NCBI GenBank assembly: GCA_965112735.1
Contig: OZ218950.1
Location: 3,782,001-3,846,000 of the forward strand
From: Phaeosaccion multiseriatum
Lineage: Eukaryota > Protista > Ochrophyta, other classes
DNA: 64,000 bases
Reading direction: 5' to 3'
Both the position numbers and the translations under genes were made by a program. This document shows positions 45,261-58,426 of this stretch, piece after piece (within the stretch, counting starts at the first letter, position 1; every line of letters starts with the position of its first letter). The notes under the pieces were generated by a model. The model searched no databases and was not told where the DNA came from. It saw only the letters and a list, made by a program, of their open reading frames with translations.

Positions 45261-47206
45261 AGGAAAGGGAAGGAACCTTCCCGGCAGAGTCAAGGGCGAC
45301 ACAAGGTATGTCGTGGCATCTAGTGTGTGAGTTGTCAGATGTCCAACTTTCAGCTTCAGCGAGCTTAACCAGACATGGGAAATCACCTCGTGTCCACCTC
45401 CCTAGTTTTGGCCCCTTCGGTTAGGTCATCACGAGGGTCATTCCCGGGGCAGGAGAACGACTGCGGCGACCATCCTGCCTCTCTTCAGGGAGCGAGAAGG
45501 TAAGGAGCAAGGGGTTCACGAGCGGCAGTGGCCAGACGAGCGGGGGGAAGAGAAGCAGGCGTCCAGATAGAAGTCAAGCTTATCCGCCTCGTCGTCCACC
45601 CCGGGGGACGCCGTTGCTGCACGATCAGCTGCAGCTCCTCCTGGCTACTGCGGATGAGCGTGCTCGTATTGAAGCCTACCAGCCACGAGTGAGAGAAGCT
45701 CAATCAAGCAGCAGCTGGACGCGCCATCGGTTGCCGAGGCGGCCATGGGAGCTGAGCCGGAGAAAGGGGGGGGGGTAGCGTGCTGTTGCTGTGGATGGTG
45801 GTGTTCGTCGTGGCACATGGTCGAAAAGCGAGAATGACTCAGGGGCGACAGGACGAGGAGCCGCAAGGCCATACTCAAGTCGCTGACCGCCCTGTATGCA
45901 GAGAAAGTGGGGTGGAGGCCGTGGCAGGGGGGTTAGGAGCTGCCAGAGGAGGGCTTGGCGGGCTACCGAGACGGATTTCGCAGGTAAGACGGAGCCTCGT
46001 GCAGCATCTATAGTAGTAGTAGCCGTAGCAGCACCGATAAGGGGAGGAGGGGCAGTGTGTGTACAGTTGGAGCTGCCCATCCGTGAAATTGGGTTAAAAT
46101 GACGAATATACACATATATAGCGTTGTAAATCGCATCCTCGCCAAGGAGAGCATGTAAAGAGTACCAAATCGGCGCATGGTCATGAGGTATAGCCTCGCG
46201 TTGTATCTGGCCCATATCTATCGTCATACCCTCTCTTCCCCCTCGATCGAGGGTCAGGATGACGACGAAAAGGGGCCCTTCACACTTGTAAATTCTCTCC
46301 CTCACTCTGTAGCTCCTGAAAGGACACTTCGAGCTGCCCAGCACTCAGCAGACTATGTGTCCCTCAAGTCTTCTCAAGGGTTTCATATCTCGTGGTCTGC
46401 TGGTCGCACACGCTCCTCCCTCTCCTCACCATTTTTGAGGTGAAAACTGCTGCCATAAGTGTTTCCATCTCGCCTCACCCCTTCTGCTCCACAGCACCTG
46501 CAATCGCACTCTTAGCTGCTCAACGTCGACTTCCATATGTGGGTCGCAGTCTGCTCAAAGCCATTCCTCCCTCATGGGCTCTTGCTCGCACACGCTCTTC
46601 CCCCACTCCCCCCTTGTTTGAGGCCCAAATTCCCGCCAAAGCAACGGACATTTCAGCTTCACATGTTAGCCCACTATCTCCTAAGACCGCGCTCCCAGCT
46701 TCACATCGGCTATTTGACTACATAATCCGTATTCAGCCCGAAGATTATCACCTCTTGTGTGAGCTACGCCTCTCTCTTTCTCCCTTGTTCAGGGGCAAAG
46801 ATCTCGTCAACATAGCAGCACATTTCACCTCCTAAATCGCTCTATACATACGCAACAATCAGACTTTAAGCTGCTCAACATCTAGAATACTGTCTTTGCC
46901 TCAGATCTCCCGAAGCGCTTCGCCTGTGGTGCTCTGTAGCGTGCGTAATACCTCTTTTCCTGAGCCCACTCAAAATGTTGATTCTACTGACATCCAGGGC
47001 GGTTAATTGACATACAAGGGATGTGTTTGCCAACCGCGGGCGGGGACCGCGCCCGTTCTCGTTCTTTTCTCTGTTTTATGAATTTGTCTCGCTCTCTCGG
47101 GAGATCACTATCCTTTGTGTTGCTACCCAAGTCTCCCTCCCTCTCCCCCCTCCTCTCCCTGAATCCCTCGTCTCCCAGGTTCTTACACAACGGAACGGAA
47201 GAAGAC

Positions 47207-48945
47207 ATGGAGGCGTCTCTTGATCTCGATTGCAGTCAGCACGAAGGAGGCGGCCAATGCGTACGAGTGGCCTTGGCCCTCAGCGCTATCCTTGGCAGAA
47301 CGACGAAGGTGGCTACTTCCTCTCTTCTGCTGTGTCTCGTCGCAACTGTACACTCAACTTCCCTCCCTCGCTTCCCCATCCTCTCACCCCTTAATCTCAG
47401 ATGACATCGATTCGGGCGAAGAGAAGCACTCCCGGACTTGGCAACCAGCATTTGGCAGGTGCCCGCCTCGTGTCCAGCATGGTGGACGGGAGACTGGAGG
47501 GAGACGCGCTGGGTTCCTGCGAGCTGACCTTGGTTCCGGCAGCGCTCGATGGAGGAAAGAGTGATTGTGCTGGCGGGAAAGGAAGCAGCGAGTGCGCAGA
47601 ACGTCGCAGGAGCTTCGAGTCCTCGTGTGGCACGGCTGGCTCCACCATGCTCATGCTGCAAGCGGCGCTCCCAGTGGCATTGCTTGGGCAACCTCAGCGC
47701 CACCACGCCTGCCCCCCCACGAGCCTGGGAGTAGTCACATCCCTCACCCTTGCAGGCGGCACAAACGTGCAGTTCTCGCCCCCAGTTGACCACACCATGC
47801 TCGTGCTACAACCTTTGCTCCGTAGTATGGGCGCCGAGTTTTCCTTGGCCGTGGAGCGGCGAGGCTTCTATCCTCGGGGCGGGGGAGTGGTTCACGTCCA
47901 AGCAACGAATGTGCCATCATCATCATCATCCGTCTCTGCAGCCCAAGAGGCCTCAGGAAGAATAGGAGGAGAAAAGATTGGGTGCGCTGGGGGGGGGAAT
48001 TTAGCCCCATTGCGCTTATTGGACCAGGGGGTACCGACTCGGCTTCGGGGGGTGGCCACAGGGAGCGGTGTGGACGACCAACAAGGGGAGCACTTGTTGG
48101 CTGTGACTGAGAGGCAATTTCGCAAGCGCCTAGCAGCACACTTGGAGAGGAGGAGGAGCAGCAGGAGCAGCATTGTTAGCGGTGATGCGACACAGACGGC
48201 GAGACCGAGGGCAGATGAGTGTCGGTGTGAGCTTTCTTGGGCTCCGGAGCGAGGGAGGGGAGGTACTGGCAATGCAGGAGCTGCCGGAGAGGCTTGCGGA
48301 CTCGATGGGCGAGAACAGGAGGGAGGAGGAGAGGCAGAAAAGTGGACCAAGCGGCGGAAGGAGCACCGCGGAGGCCGAGGTGGCGGCCGAGGCGGGGGCA
48401 GTGGTAAGCAACCGAGGCGTTCGCTGGCGCTGACGCTTGCCCTCGAGACCTCCAGTGGCGCTGTGCTCTCGGCGAGTGCGCTTTGGGAGTCGGGGGGAGG
48501 GGGGAAGAAGAGCAAAGACCGAGTAGGAGGAGAAAAAGGAGGAATAGATGTACAGGAGCTGGCAGCCGCCGCCATCGACCGGCTATTCCTTGTCATTAAC
48601 TCAGGGGCCTGCCTGGACGAGCATACTTCCGACCAACTCGTACTCTACGCGTCCTTGGCAGCCGGAGATTCGGCCCTGCTTGTGGCACCCGAGGGGGAGG
48701 AGTCTTCCCTGCATCTGCTCACGTCCTGTCACTTTTGCGAAACGCTCATTGCGGGAGCTGTGTGCCGGGTGCAACTTGTGGGCGAGTGCGCGGACAGTGA
48801 TGAGGTTTGCCGAGGGCTGCTGGAGAAAGGGGTAGCGCCCACTTGTAGGCTGGTTACTATCACTGGCTCACCACCGCTTATGGAAGCGGGAGCGGGTGGT
48901 GCAGTAACGCCTGCAGTAACACCCCCGTTACCGCCTCGTGTATAG
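47207..48945 (+). CDS. RTCA: RNA 3'-terminal phosphate cyclase; exons 47207-47308 and 47401-48945
   Basis: EGGGQCVRVALALS, IRAKRSTPGLGNQH, TAGSTMLMLQAALP, GGTNVQFSPPVD, RRGFYPRGGG, catalytic LDEHTSDQL. Confidence 0.93.
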
Positions 48946-49029
48946 AGTATCATCTACATCAATCCTGCAAGTAATGCGATCTATCAAAATTTTCCAATGG
49001 CCCGTGCTGAAGCAGCAAAGTAGAGCCGC

Positions 49030-51081
49030 TCAGTCCCGGTTCGGACTCTTGCTCATAGTGGGTGCCAGGCGCATGGGCCCCGAACCCTGCCCGTCGCGCT
49101 CCAAGTCGAAGCTGTTCCACGTCACAGTCTGCAGTGTGCCGTCAGGGTTGTAGAGGCGCGATACCCGCCTCAATTTCCTCTTCTTGTTCTCCTCGTACAC
49201 ACAGCCAAACTCTGTCCTCCTGCTCACATCCCCCCCCTGCTCGAACTTCCTCGGCGCGATGATGTAGCAGCCTCCGGGCAGCATGACCATCACCTGCCGT
49301 CCGCCCTCAAAATTCACCACGTCCAGCATGCCCGCGTCCATATCGATTCTGCCTTCCTCTATGCTGGACGTATTCTCGTCTCCCCCCTCCTCCCCGTCCT
49401 CCTTCTTTTCCCCACCCTCTCCCTCTCCCTCTCCCTCTCCATAGGTCCGACTCTTCATGGAAGTCGTTCTGTGCAGCTCCTTCCTTCGCTTATCCATAGG
49501 GTCAGTGAGGAAGGAGTATGTTAAATTGGCGTCCAGCATCACCGACAAGCCCGTCCTCGGGTTCATCACGAGGCCTTCCCCGGTCCACTTGCCCTCGGTG
49601 AGAGTGGCGATACTGCAGGATGCTCTGGACACGCCTCCTCCATTTGCCTCCCCCCCGTCCTGCGGAACGACCCCGGACGACTCGCCTCCTCCGGCCGCCT
49701 CCGTTGTGTCCATCTTTTTCGTCTCATCAAGCAGCACCACCTTATCGAGGTAGTCCTCGGTATTGTACACGAAGAAGGCCCTGTTGTGTGCAACGTACGG
49801 ATCAGCGATGGAGCAAGGGGCAGACGAAAGAACAGCAAAGAAGGAAGGGAAACGTCCTTCCCCCAAATGAAGCAACAAGTCCAGAGGGAGCGAGACGCAG
49901 AGCAGCTCCGCAACTGCCAGCCACCATGGGTTTCCCAATGGGCCCCCCTCAGCCTTGACTCCAACCCCCCCAACCCTGCCCTTCCTTTTACACCCGTTCA
50001 TTGCTCACCTCACACGGTTCTGATTGTTCATCATGACGGTATGCTCGATACTGCGACCGTCCCCCTTGACCCCTCCTAGAGTGAGGCCCTTGTGGTCAGC
50101 GCTGTAAGTACCCGATTGAATATCCATACCGAGGGTCAGGTCATCACCCTCCACGACACTCTCAAAGCCCAAGGGATACTCTTCGCTTGCGTAGTCGTCC
50201 ATGGGCCACTTCATTTTCATGGTATACAGCAGGGGGCTCTTGCCCTCCTCCAGCTCGGAAGTCACAAAGGTCGCTGTGCTGTAAATCTTGGGCACGGTTG
50301 GGCCGGGCTTCTCCCCATCCTGCCCGTTGGAGTAAAACGAGCACCGCTCCACCATGCCCACCCATGACCCACCGTGGTAGTCCCCGAGGGCGCCTGCCAA
50401 CATCTGCGTCCGGGCCTGGAACATCTCTCTCATCGCTCCTTCATCGTCGTCTTCGTCCTGGTCGAAGGCTGGCTTCTCCTTGCTGCGCACTGCCCTCGAG
50501 CTACTAGACTCATCAAATCCCTTAAAAGTGACAGCATCCTTTTCTCGCTTGGTTGTGATTTCCAAGTCTTCCCCGCTTTGCTGGACCGTCAGGCTGTCCA
50601 TGATCTCCTGGACATCACTGTCTACAAACTTCCCATCGTCAGTCATCTGCATGTCGTCCTCTCCCGACTCAAACTCAGAGAAGATATTACGCAAGGCCTT
50701 GAGCTGATCAATCTGATCCAATTCATCTTCCTCGTCCTCGTCGTACTCTTCGTCGTCCTCCTCGTCGTCCTCCTCGTCGCCTTCCAAGTCTTTCTCCTCC
50801 TCCCCCTCCGCGGGCCGCTCTTGCTGATTGTCAGCAGTGGTCATCACCGCCGTTCTTCTCCGCGCCTGCCCAAAGGTCCGTCGCGCAGTAGAGACATGGA
50901 TTCCTAACAATAATCTCCTTCTTACTCCGCCGGTGGCTGCGGCTGCTCCTCCTTCTCCCCTCCTTCGCTCTCCATGTCCTCCTTGACACACATTTCCTTG
51001 CACCCTCCTGGCGCCAAAAGGAGTCAGAAACGCCTTCACTGCCGTCAGCGTCAGAGCAAAGGCCAGAAAGGACCGCTCCAT
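49030..51081 (-). CDS. DUF3598-like two-barrel protein, predicted plastid-targeted; exons 50009-51081 and 49030-49780
   Basis: Signal MERSFLAFALTLTAVKA followed by F (ASAF-type motif); repeated GxWxG (GSWVG, GKWTG); LPGGCY; RRVSRLYNPDGTLQTVT. Confidence 0.65.
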
Positions 51082-51202
51082 CTTCTCGCGTCTCCTTCTC
51101 CCACCGTACGCGTCCAGCGGAACAGGATTCAAGGGAAAAATAGAGTGTGAGGCTCGAGGCAGGGCCCGGGAAAATGTGAATTTCAGACGTTTGGCTCGAG
51201 GA

Positions 51203-51272
51203 TCAACCCTGCAATTGTTGCCGGCGCGCTATCCGCTATCGAGAATGTGGGCGATAGTGTATCAGGGGTTGA
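51203..51272. mobile_element. Internally deleted copy of MITE-like element C
   Basis: The 3' ~53 bp are identical to 58291-58343; left end TCAACCCTG; flanks CGAGGA/ATAGGA (4/6 match). Confidence 0.7.
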
Positions 51273-51636
51273 ATAGGAGATGAGAAGGAGGAGGAAAGGG
51301 GTGGAACTTTTGGAGGACGACGGTCGGGGAGAGCCCCAAGAGAAGCGCTGCCATACTATTCGCCCAAACCCTCTAACCAGATTCTCAACCCTCTTTGGCG
51401 TGAACGGAGCTGCTCCTTTCGATAGAGCCAGAGGGAAGGGGACTTTCTCTCGGCGTTGCTTTCTCCATTCTGCTCTGTGATCAATAGCATTACTGACCCC
51501 CGCCCCCCACCACCACGCCGCTCCTTCCTCTAAAGGAAAGAAGAAAAGAGTCCGTCAACAGTTTCTGACGGCTCGTCGTGTTGAGTATTGTTTGAACTGC
51601 ATACATTGGTTAAGGGGCGGGCTTCACACCACCGCT

Positions 51637-52697
51637 TTACTCCTCCACGGTGTCCACGTTCTCGGTCTGCAGACCCTTGAAGCTCTCCACGTTGACGTAT
51701 TGCACAAGGGTGTACATCTGCAGAGAGGGGGGGAGAAGGAGATGCCGGATGGGGGGCGGCGGCAGACGTGCAAGGAACATAATTTGGTGAGGGGAGGGGA
51801 CAGGCAAGATATGCACTCCGAAGTGCGTATCTCCATTCGCAGAGGGTACTTCGGTAACCAGAGTTTGCTCCAACTCCAAGCATTTGCTCCTCGCAGGACC
51901 AGCAGCGCTTGGCCGAGACCTGGGCACCATTGGCCAAGACTTGGCGACGCTCCAGGTTCCAGGAGCACGTGAGAACGCCCATGTCGCCCCCCATCACAAT
52001 CGGCTCACCTTGTTGTCGCTGGCGTCCTCATCCTCGTTACGCTTTCGTGACAGGCGCACTCGGACTCTGTAGGGCACGTTCCTCACTCCCTTGGAGAACA
52101 AGAACTTGTTGAGCGTGGTGTCTATGCGGACGTCGCTGCACAGTCGAGGAAAGCACAAGCGGCAGCAGCAGGTCGAGTGAGGGACAACGAGGGAGGGAAA
52201 GACACCAATCCAGTCAGTTATCGCCCGTGGGGAGAAGGCAGGACCCAGTATCTCTTCCAACTCAAGAGAAGCGAAGCCTGGGTGAGTGACCTCGTCTACA
52301 GCGTCATCTCCCTGCCTTGATTCCAAGTCAGATACGCGTCGCAGCAGGTCCAGCGCCAATGCGAGGAATACTGCGCCTCCTTTCGGGCCTGGTGCCGCCC
52401 CTGCTGCTATCAAGCCCCGCTCATGCTGAAATCCTAATCTCTCCTCCCTGACTGCTTCTTCCTGCTTCGCTCTCCCTCGTCAGCTCGACATCCCCCCCTC
52501 CCTCTCTCCCCCCTGTTGGAGGCAAAAGACAATACTCACTTTGCCTTCATGCCCATTGCCTTGGCGGCAAACTTCTTCACCTCACGCACAGCCCGTGGTG
52601 CGCGCTTCTTGAAGGTGATGCCCTGCAGCCGCTTGTGCAAGTGGATGGTGTAATCCCGCACCGCGAACTCGCTCGCCTTCTTCCCCTCCTTACCCAT
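51637..52697 (-). CDS. RPL31: 60S ribosomal protein eL31 (3 exons)
   Basis: [31 protein letters not shown] / [37 protein letters not shown] / [17 protein letters not shown]. Confidence 0.97.
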
Positions 52698-53366
52698 ATT
52701 TGACGCCCCGAGGTATACTGGTTGGGGGGCACAAAAGAGGGGGAGTAATGCAGAGAGGAGAGAGGGAGAAGAGGAGAGAGATACGGAAAAATGCGTGAGC
52801 GATGAGTGAGAGGTGACAGGCAAAGAAAAGAGGGGGATGCAGGGGGAGAGAGGAACACAGAGACAGAGATGCACAGCGAGAAAAGGGGGCGACAGAGGGA
52901 GAGGGGGAGGCTCCAGAGGTGGGGCAGAGATGCAACAAAGGCGAGACCGTGGGAGAGAGACAGAGAGAGCAAGGCGGATCAGTAGAGAGAGGGAGAGACA
53001 GGCGATGCGTCAAAACGCGTAGGGCAAGACAGGAGTTCGTCTCACACCTTAGGAGCAGCAGCACGTTATTGCCTCCACGCCCACCGAGCCCACAAAATTC
53101 CTGTCGGGCCCCCGGGGTTGCCCAATTTCGAGGAGGGCGATTTTGGAAGGAGGGCCGCCATTTCATCATATCCAAGCAGAAAAGAGGCAGAAAAACAAGA
53201 AAGAGAGAGATAGAGAGACAGGGAGAGAGAGGAAGGGAGAGAAAGAGGGGCGAGAGAGGGGAGAGGGGAAGTGAGGGGGGTGGAGTCAGCGCGGCTCCAG
53301 AGCTGAGGAGGGCGCAAAAAGAAAGGCGTGGGAAGAAAGCTTTAAGGCTGCCCTTTCTCACACCCC

Positions 53367-54636
53367 ATGTGCACCATGATCTGTACTAAGCGGAGCATGC
53401 TGTTGTTCGTGCTGATGGCCAGTCTGCAGACCCTCGGCTCTTGCTTTACAGCGCCTCCTGCGGCCTTTCCAGTGAGAGCAGCAGGAGCGGCAGGGACCAG
53501 CTTCGGGACCAGCTTCGGCAGCAGCGGCACGTCTACAGCAGGAACCACTTTTGATAGAAATTGGGGCTACAGCACTCTGTGCGTGAGGGCCGCAGCAGCA
53601 GGGGCGGGTGATTCACAACCAGCAGCAGCTGTTGAGCTTAAAGCCTGCGGCTCGCTCACTCTCGTTGGCGCCGGGCCTGGGGATCCTGAGCTCCTGACCG
53701 TGGCCGCGTACCGCACACTACTGGACTCTGACATGGTCATTGCCGATAGACTCATCTCACCAGAGATCCTCGACGTGGTGACGGGAGAACTCCGAGTGGC
53801 CAACAAGCACCCCGGATGCCAGGCGGCGGCGCAGCAAGAGATTTTCCAGTGGATTCGCGAAGGGCTGTTCGCCGGCCGAAGTGTGGTGAGGCTCAAGATC
53901 GGGGACCCGTTCGTGTTCGGAAGAGGGGGAGAGGAGGTGCTGGAGGCGCGGAGGTGGGGCGTGGAGCCCAAGATCATCCCTGGCATCAGTTCGGTCTTCT
54001 CCGCGCCCTTGTTGGCAGGCATTCCTGTCACGCACAGGTAAGGGAAAGTGGTCGAGAGAGGGATCTCTAGAAGACCCTTGTGGCCTTCCACCTTGCTCTT
54101 CCTTTTCCTCACTCCCCTCGTCCTCTCCTGTTCCCCCACCCCCACCCACTCCTTCTCTTGGAAAAAGGGGGGTGGCCAACCAAGTCACGCTAGGCACGGG
54201 CTATGGCAAAGACTTTTCGAGAACCGAAGTGGGCCCCTACCATCCCGAGCGAACCGCCGTGTTCCTCATGGCCGTGGGGCGACTACCGCTGCTCTGCCAG
54301 GACTTGCTGGAGAAGAACTATCCAGGCACGTGCCCCGTGGCCATTGTCGAGAACGCCTCCACCCCTCGGCAACGCATCGTGGCAGGAACGGTGAACACCA
54401 TCGTGGGCATTGCTCTGGAGCTGGAGGTCAAGGCTCCGGCGACGATTGTGGTCGGGGAAGTGGTGACGGTGCTGCACGGGCGAGTGGAGGGGCTTGTGAA
54501 TTACTCGGGCATGCTCTCTGAAGACGAGCGAGAAGAGCAAGACTGGGAGTACTGCGATGTCGAGGTTCCCAACATGGCCCAATATCCCGTCCTTCAGGCT
54601 GCTCCGACTCCCTCGCTCGCCGCTGGGCAGTCTTGA
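53367..54636 (+). CDS. Uroporphyrinogen-III C-methyltransferase (SUMT; CobA/UPM1/CysG-A type), predicted plastid-targeted; exons 53367-54037 and 54168-54636
   Basis: LVGAGPGDPELLT, VVRLKIGDPFVFGRGGEE, PGISS..AP..AGIPVTHRGVA, TAVFLM, PVAIVENAS, PATIVVGEVV; signal peptide followed by FTAP. Confidence 0.93.
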
Positions 54637-55268
54637 CACACACACAGCGCACACCCCCTGCGTGAGGGGTGACTCGACCCCAGGGGAGGGTACATATATG
54701 CATGGTCGCATACAGGGTGCAGCGGTGGCGGACCTTCCGCCCCTCAAAATTCCTCCTACTCCTCCTACTTGTGGTGGGTGTTGGACCTTCGAATGGAAGA
54801 GAATATTAGTTGGGGAGCGGACGCTGAGCTCTTGGGGAGGGGAAAGACCTCTCCATCTATGAAACTGTAAATAATGTACAGCGCGTGGTCTCCCCGCTGG
54901 GGGCTGGCTTCCCTGGCTTCCCACCCTTTGACTGACTGGTTCACAAATTAAATTTATATAAATCGAGTTAAATTAATTGTCCTCTCCACTCGTCGCAAAG
55001 ACAGTGTGTACTTTTTCTTTTGACGATGTGGGGCCCGCGTCTGCCCTCCTCGGTGCAGCCGCGCCCCATCACCCCCCCCCCCCCCCTCCCAAGACGCACT
55101 CCATCAACACGCACACACACACGTGCACACACACACACGCAGACACACACAAACACGAAAACACACACGGCGACCTGGCCCGTCTTACCCATCCGTCTGT
55201 CCAGCCTCCCTCTTCTCTTTTCCTTCCACCCACACAGACTTGAGAGGAAAAGAAGAAGAGCCAGTCAA

Positions 55269-57616
55269 CTAACAAGCGTCCATGCACTCCTTGAAGCGGC
55301 GAGCAGCCGCCCGAGCCGAAAAGCGCTTCGTTGGGTCAGACCTCCAGCACCCCTGCAGTGTGCTCCTGAGCAGCGGCGGCCAGCGTGAGTCCAGGGGCGG
55401 CCGGACACCCTTCTCGCACACCTCCGCGATGAAGCGCTGCTCCCCCATGCCCAAGAAGGGCCGGTTTGAGGTGAGCATCTCCCAAACGACCAAAGCCATG
55501 GAGTACACATCCGACGTTTCGTTGTAGGGCATGCACATGGCCACCTCGGGCGCCATGTAGCGCAAAGAGCCCACTTCTCCGGTCATCTCGAAGGACTCCC
55601 CCTGTCGAATGTCCCTGGGGCACACCTTGACGAGCCCGAAATCGAACAGCACCACCGAATTATCGGCCCTTAGGCCCACATTCTTGGGCTTGATATCCCT
55701 GTGCAGCACCACCAAGTCCCTGTTCTCCCACCTCTCCTCCTCCCTCGCGGCCTCCTCCTCGTCCAGATCGCAGGATCGGTTGCTGCTGGTGGCGGTGCTG
55801 CAGAGGCTAAAGCGCTTCTTCTCGAGGCTGCGGCTTAGGCGTGGCGGTAGTACTGGTGGTGCCGTTACTGCCAGCCCTGACGACAAATGCGACTGCCGAA
55901 CCGCCGCCATACACGTCTCCTCTTGTGCAAGCCCTCTTGCCAGCTCCGCCTTCCCTCCCCTCCTCGCCGCCGTTGGTCTGGAGGCCGCCGTCTCTGCAAC
56001 AGCGCCCTCGGCCTTGCCAGCGTGCTCGTGGAGGTACACAAGAGCCCCTGCCAACTCATACGCAAACCTCAGCCGCTCCTTGAAAGAGTGCCGCTTTCGC
56101 AACTTCTTCTTCCGGAGCATCTTCTTCAAGGGTGGTGAGTCCTCCACCCCAAGGCTGAAGCGGTCGCTGATGGTGCATTGCAGCGGCTCCAGCACCGCAA
56201 ACCTCCCCCGCACAGAGTCGTTGCCCGTGCCGATGAGCTTGATCACATTGCGATGCTCCAGCCGCTCCAGCGTGTAAACCTCCTTCTCCAGGTCGCTCAG
56301 CGCGGCCCTGACGTCCATCACGTCTTCCCGAATGATCTTGACCACGGCCAGCCGCCCCTCAAAGGTGCACGCAAAGGCATTGCAAAAGGCGCCCTGTCCC
56401 AGCTTGCGAAGGGGCTTCGATCCGCCGGCTGTGAGTTCGCTCATGGAGATGTCTGTTCGCCTTGCGTCCTCCTCCACATCCGAGTCCGAGTCTTCTTCGT
56501 ACACGTGCGGCGAATGCTCTCCTGTGTCTGCGTACGTGTCCGACCCCGTGACCCCTCTTCTCCTCCCCTTCCCCGTGCCACCGCTGCCGCCGCTTTCGTG
56601 GTCTGGCATCACATTTGGTCGTGCTATTGCTGTACCTGTCAGACGGGTTGGACTTTCCTCCGTAGGGTAGGCTGGTTCTGCTACTGCTGTAGCAGGGGGT
56701 GGGCTCTCCTCCGTAGGGTATGCTGCTGCTGCTACTGCTGTAGCAGGGGGTGGGCTCTCCTCCGTAGGGTATGCCTTCCCGACTGCCTCGGAGTCCATGC
56801 CACCTCCATGCGGGGCCCGGGCGTCCCCGGGGGCCCTAACTTGTTTTGCCTCTGGCACCCCCAAGGGACTGCGCTGGAAGGCGCGGGGGAGCTGGAAAGA
56901 AGGCGAGGTGGGGATATGTGTGTGAGAAGGGTGGGGAAAGAGTTAGGAGGGTGAGTGAGACTTGCGGAGGTGGGGGAGGAAAGGAGGGAGAGAAAAATGA
57001 GAGCGAGAGGGAGAGGGAGGTGGAGAGAAGGAGAAGAGACACAGAACTGAGTACTGGTCCGGGGCTGTTCCTCTACGCGCCAAAAACCCGTGGACGCGTA
57101 CGGGCCATGGAAAGGAAAAGCACAAGCCCCAGGCACCCAATCTCTACACCCGCCCCCCCGCACACGTACCTGCTTGCAGCTCGCTGGTGCTGCTGCATCC
57201 ACTTCATTTCCGTGAATCATGGCCCACAGTTGAGAGGAGGGCGGTAGGCGGGAAGAGACGGACCGTACAGAGTCCTCAAAGGACTCCTCGCTGGGGGTCG
57301 AGGTCGGCGAAGCAGGGATTCTCTCAACAAGAGAGTCAAGGGGAGCGCGGGGTGCGTTGCCCGCACCCAACCTGGACCTCCTCCCCGAGCCGTCCGCACC
57401 CTTGTTCCCGCCACCCTTCACGGAGGGGGGGGGTAAGGGTGGCAAACAGGCAGCCGGCGCAGCGGCCCGGCCCCTCCCAGGCCCTTCCTGCTGGTCACTG
57501 CGAAGCGCCTTGACGGACCTCGTCCCCAACCTGGTCACCTCCACGCCCCCTTTCTTGCTTGGCGCCTCATCATACTCAGTGGGCTGCTCACACAGCGAGC
57601 TCAACTCACATCCCAT
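55269..57616 (-). CDS. TKL-like protein kinase with N-terminal MGCxxS acylation motif; exons 57170-57616 and 55269-56873
   Basis: LGQGAFC, AVVK, HRDIKPKNVG, DFGL, GSLRYMAPE, SDVYS; phase-0 GT-AG intron. Confidence 0.9.
56650..56775 (-). repeat. 51-bp coding tandem repeat (AYPTEESPPPATAVA, about x2.5)
   Basis: TCCTCCGTAGGGTA recurs at 51-bp spacing. Confidence 0.9.
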
Positions 57617-58245
57617 CCTCGCCCGTGCTCACCGGCAGCACACAGGAGCAAACGATGAGATGAGTCGCACGGTAGTGCGAGCCGCGGGAGGACCCAAGGC
57701 GTTTATATCCTCTCCTCTCGCCAGTGTCGTCAGGATTTAGGAACAGCCAATTGAAGGAACAATTGAAGAGGGAAAGGGGTTATAGCCTGTCTCTTAGTGT
57801 AGAGCAATCTCAGTCGGCACACATACAGGGCCTCTCGTTCATGCTGTTTGCAGGCTTTCGCTCACCCTAGACCACTCACTGCATGAACAACCCAAACTCT
57901 GCCTGCTTTTTTCTATTTGCAGCACGCATAGGGAAAGGGATGGACGGAGGGATCGAAAGAAACGGGCTGCCTTACGTAAGGAGCAGGGGGGTTCTGAAAG
58001 TGCATCCGTTTTTGGTTCTATGGACGGGAGGGGACCGACGGAAAATTTCCAGGGCGGCAAGCGGCGGCAATGCGGCGTTTTTTTTTACTTCTTTCCTACG
58101 TAAGCGGGTGCATATGGCGCGGGTGCCTATGGCGGGGTCTCCTTTCTTTATGTTATTCGTTGAGGTGGGTTAGCTCCGGACCGTGCCAGGATCTTGCCGC
58201 GCCAAAAATTGGCGGGAAATGACCCTTCCTAATTACCCCCCAACA

Positions 58246-58343
58246 TCAACCCCTGATACACTATCCGCTATCCGCTATCGGCCGGCGCCAGCCGGCGCGC
58301 TATCCGCTATCGAGAATGTGGGCGATAGTGTATCAGGGGTTGA
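58246..58343. mobile_element. MITE-like element C: 20-bp TIRs, 6-bp TSD CCAACA
   Basis: TCAACCCCTGATACACTATC / GATAGTGTATCAGGGGTTGA; CCAACA at 58240-58245 and 58344-58349; interior CTATCCG repeats around GGCCGGCGCCAGCCGGCG. Confidence 0.9.
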
Positions 58344-58426
58344 CCAACACACTGCTCTCCCGCCCCCCCCATTCCCCTCTACCTTAATCATCACTCTCTA
58401 TCTCTCCTCTCTTCTTCCTCTTCTTG

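Noticed and set aside
45480-47000. Short ORFs between the TLDc-like relic and RTCA
   Set aside because: No motifs and no consistent exon chain.
51719-52008. snoRNA in an RPL31 intron (hairpin near 51805-51835)
   Set aside because: No convincing C/D or H/ACA box set by eye; an Infernal/Rfam search would be needed.
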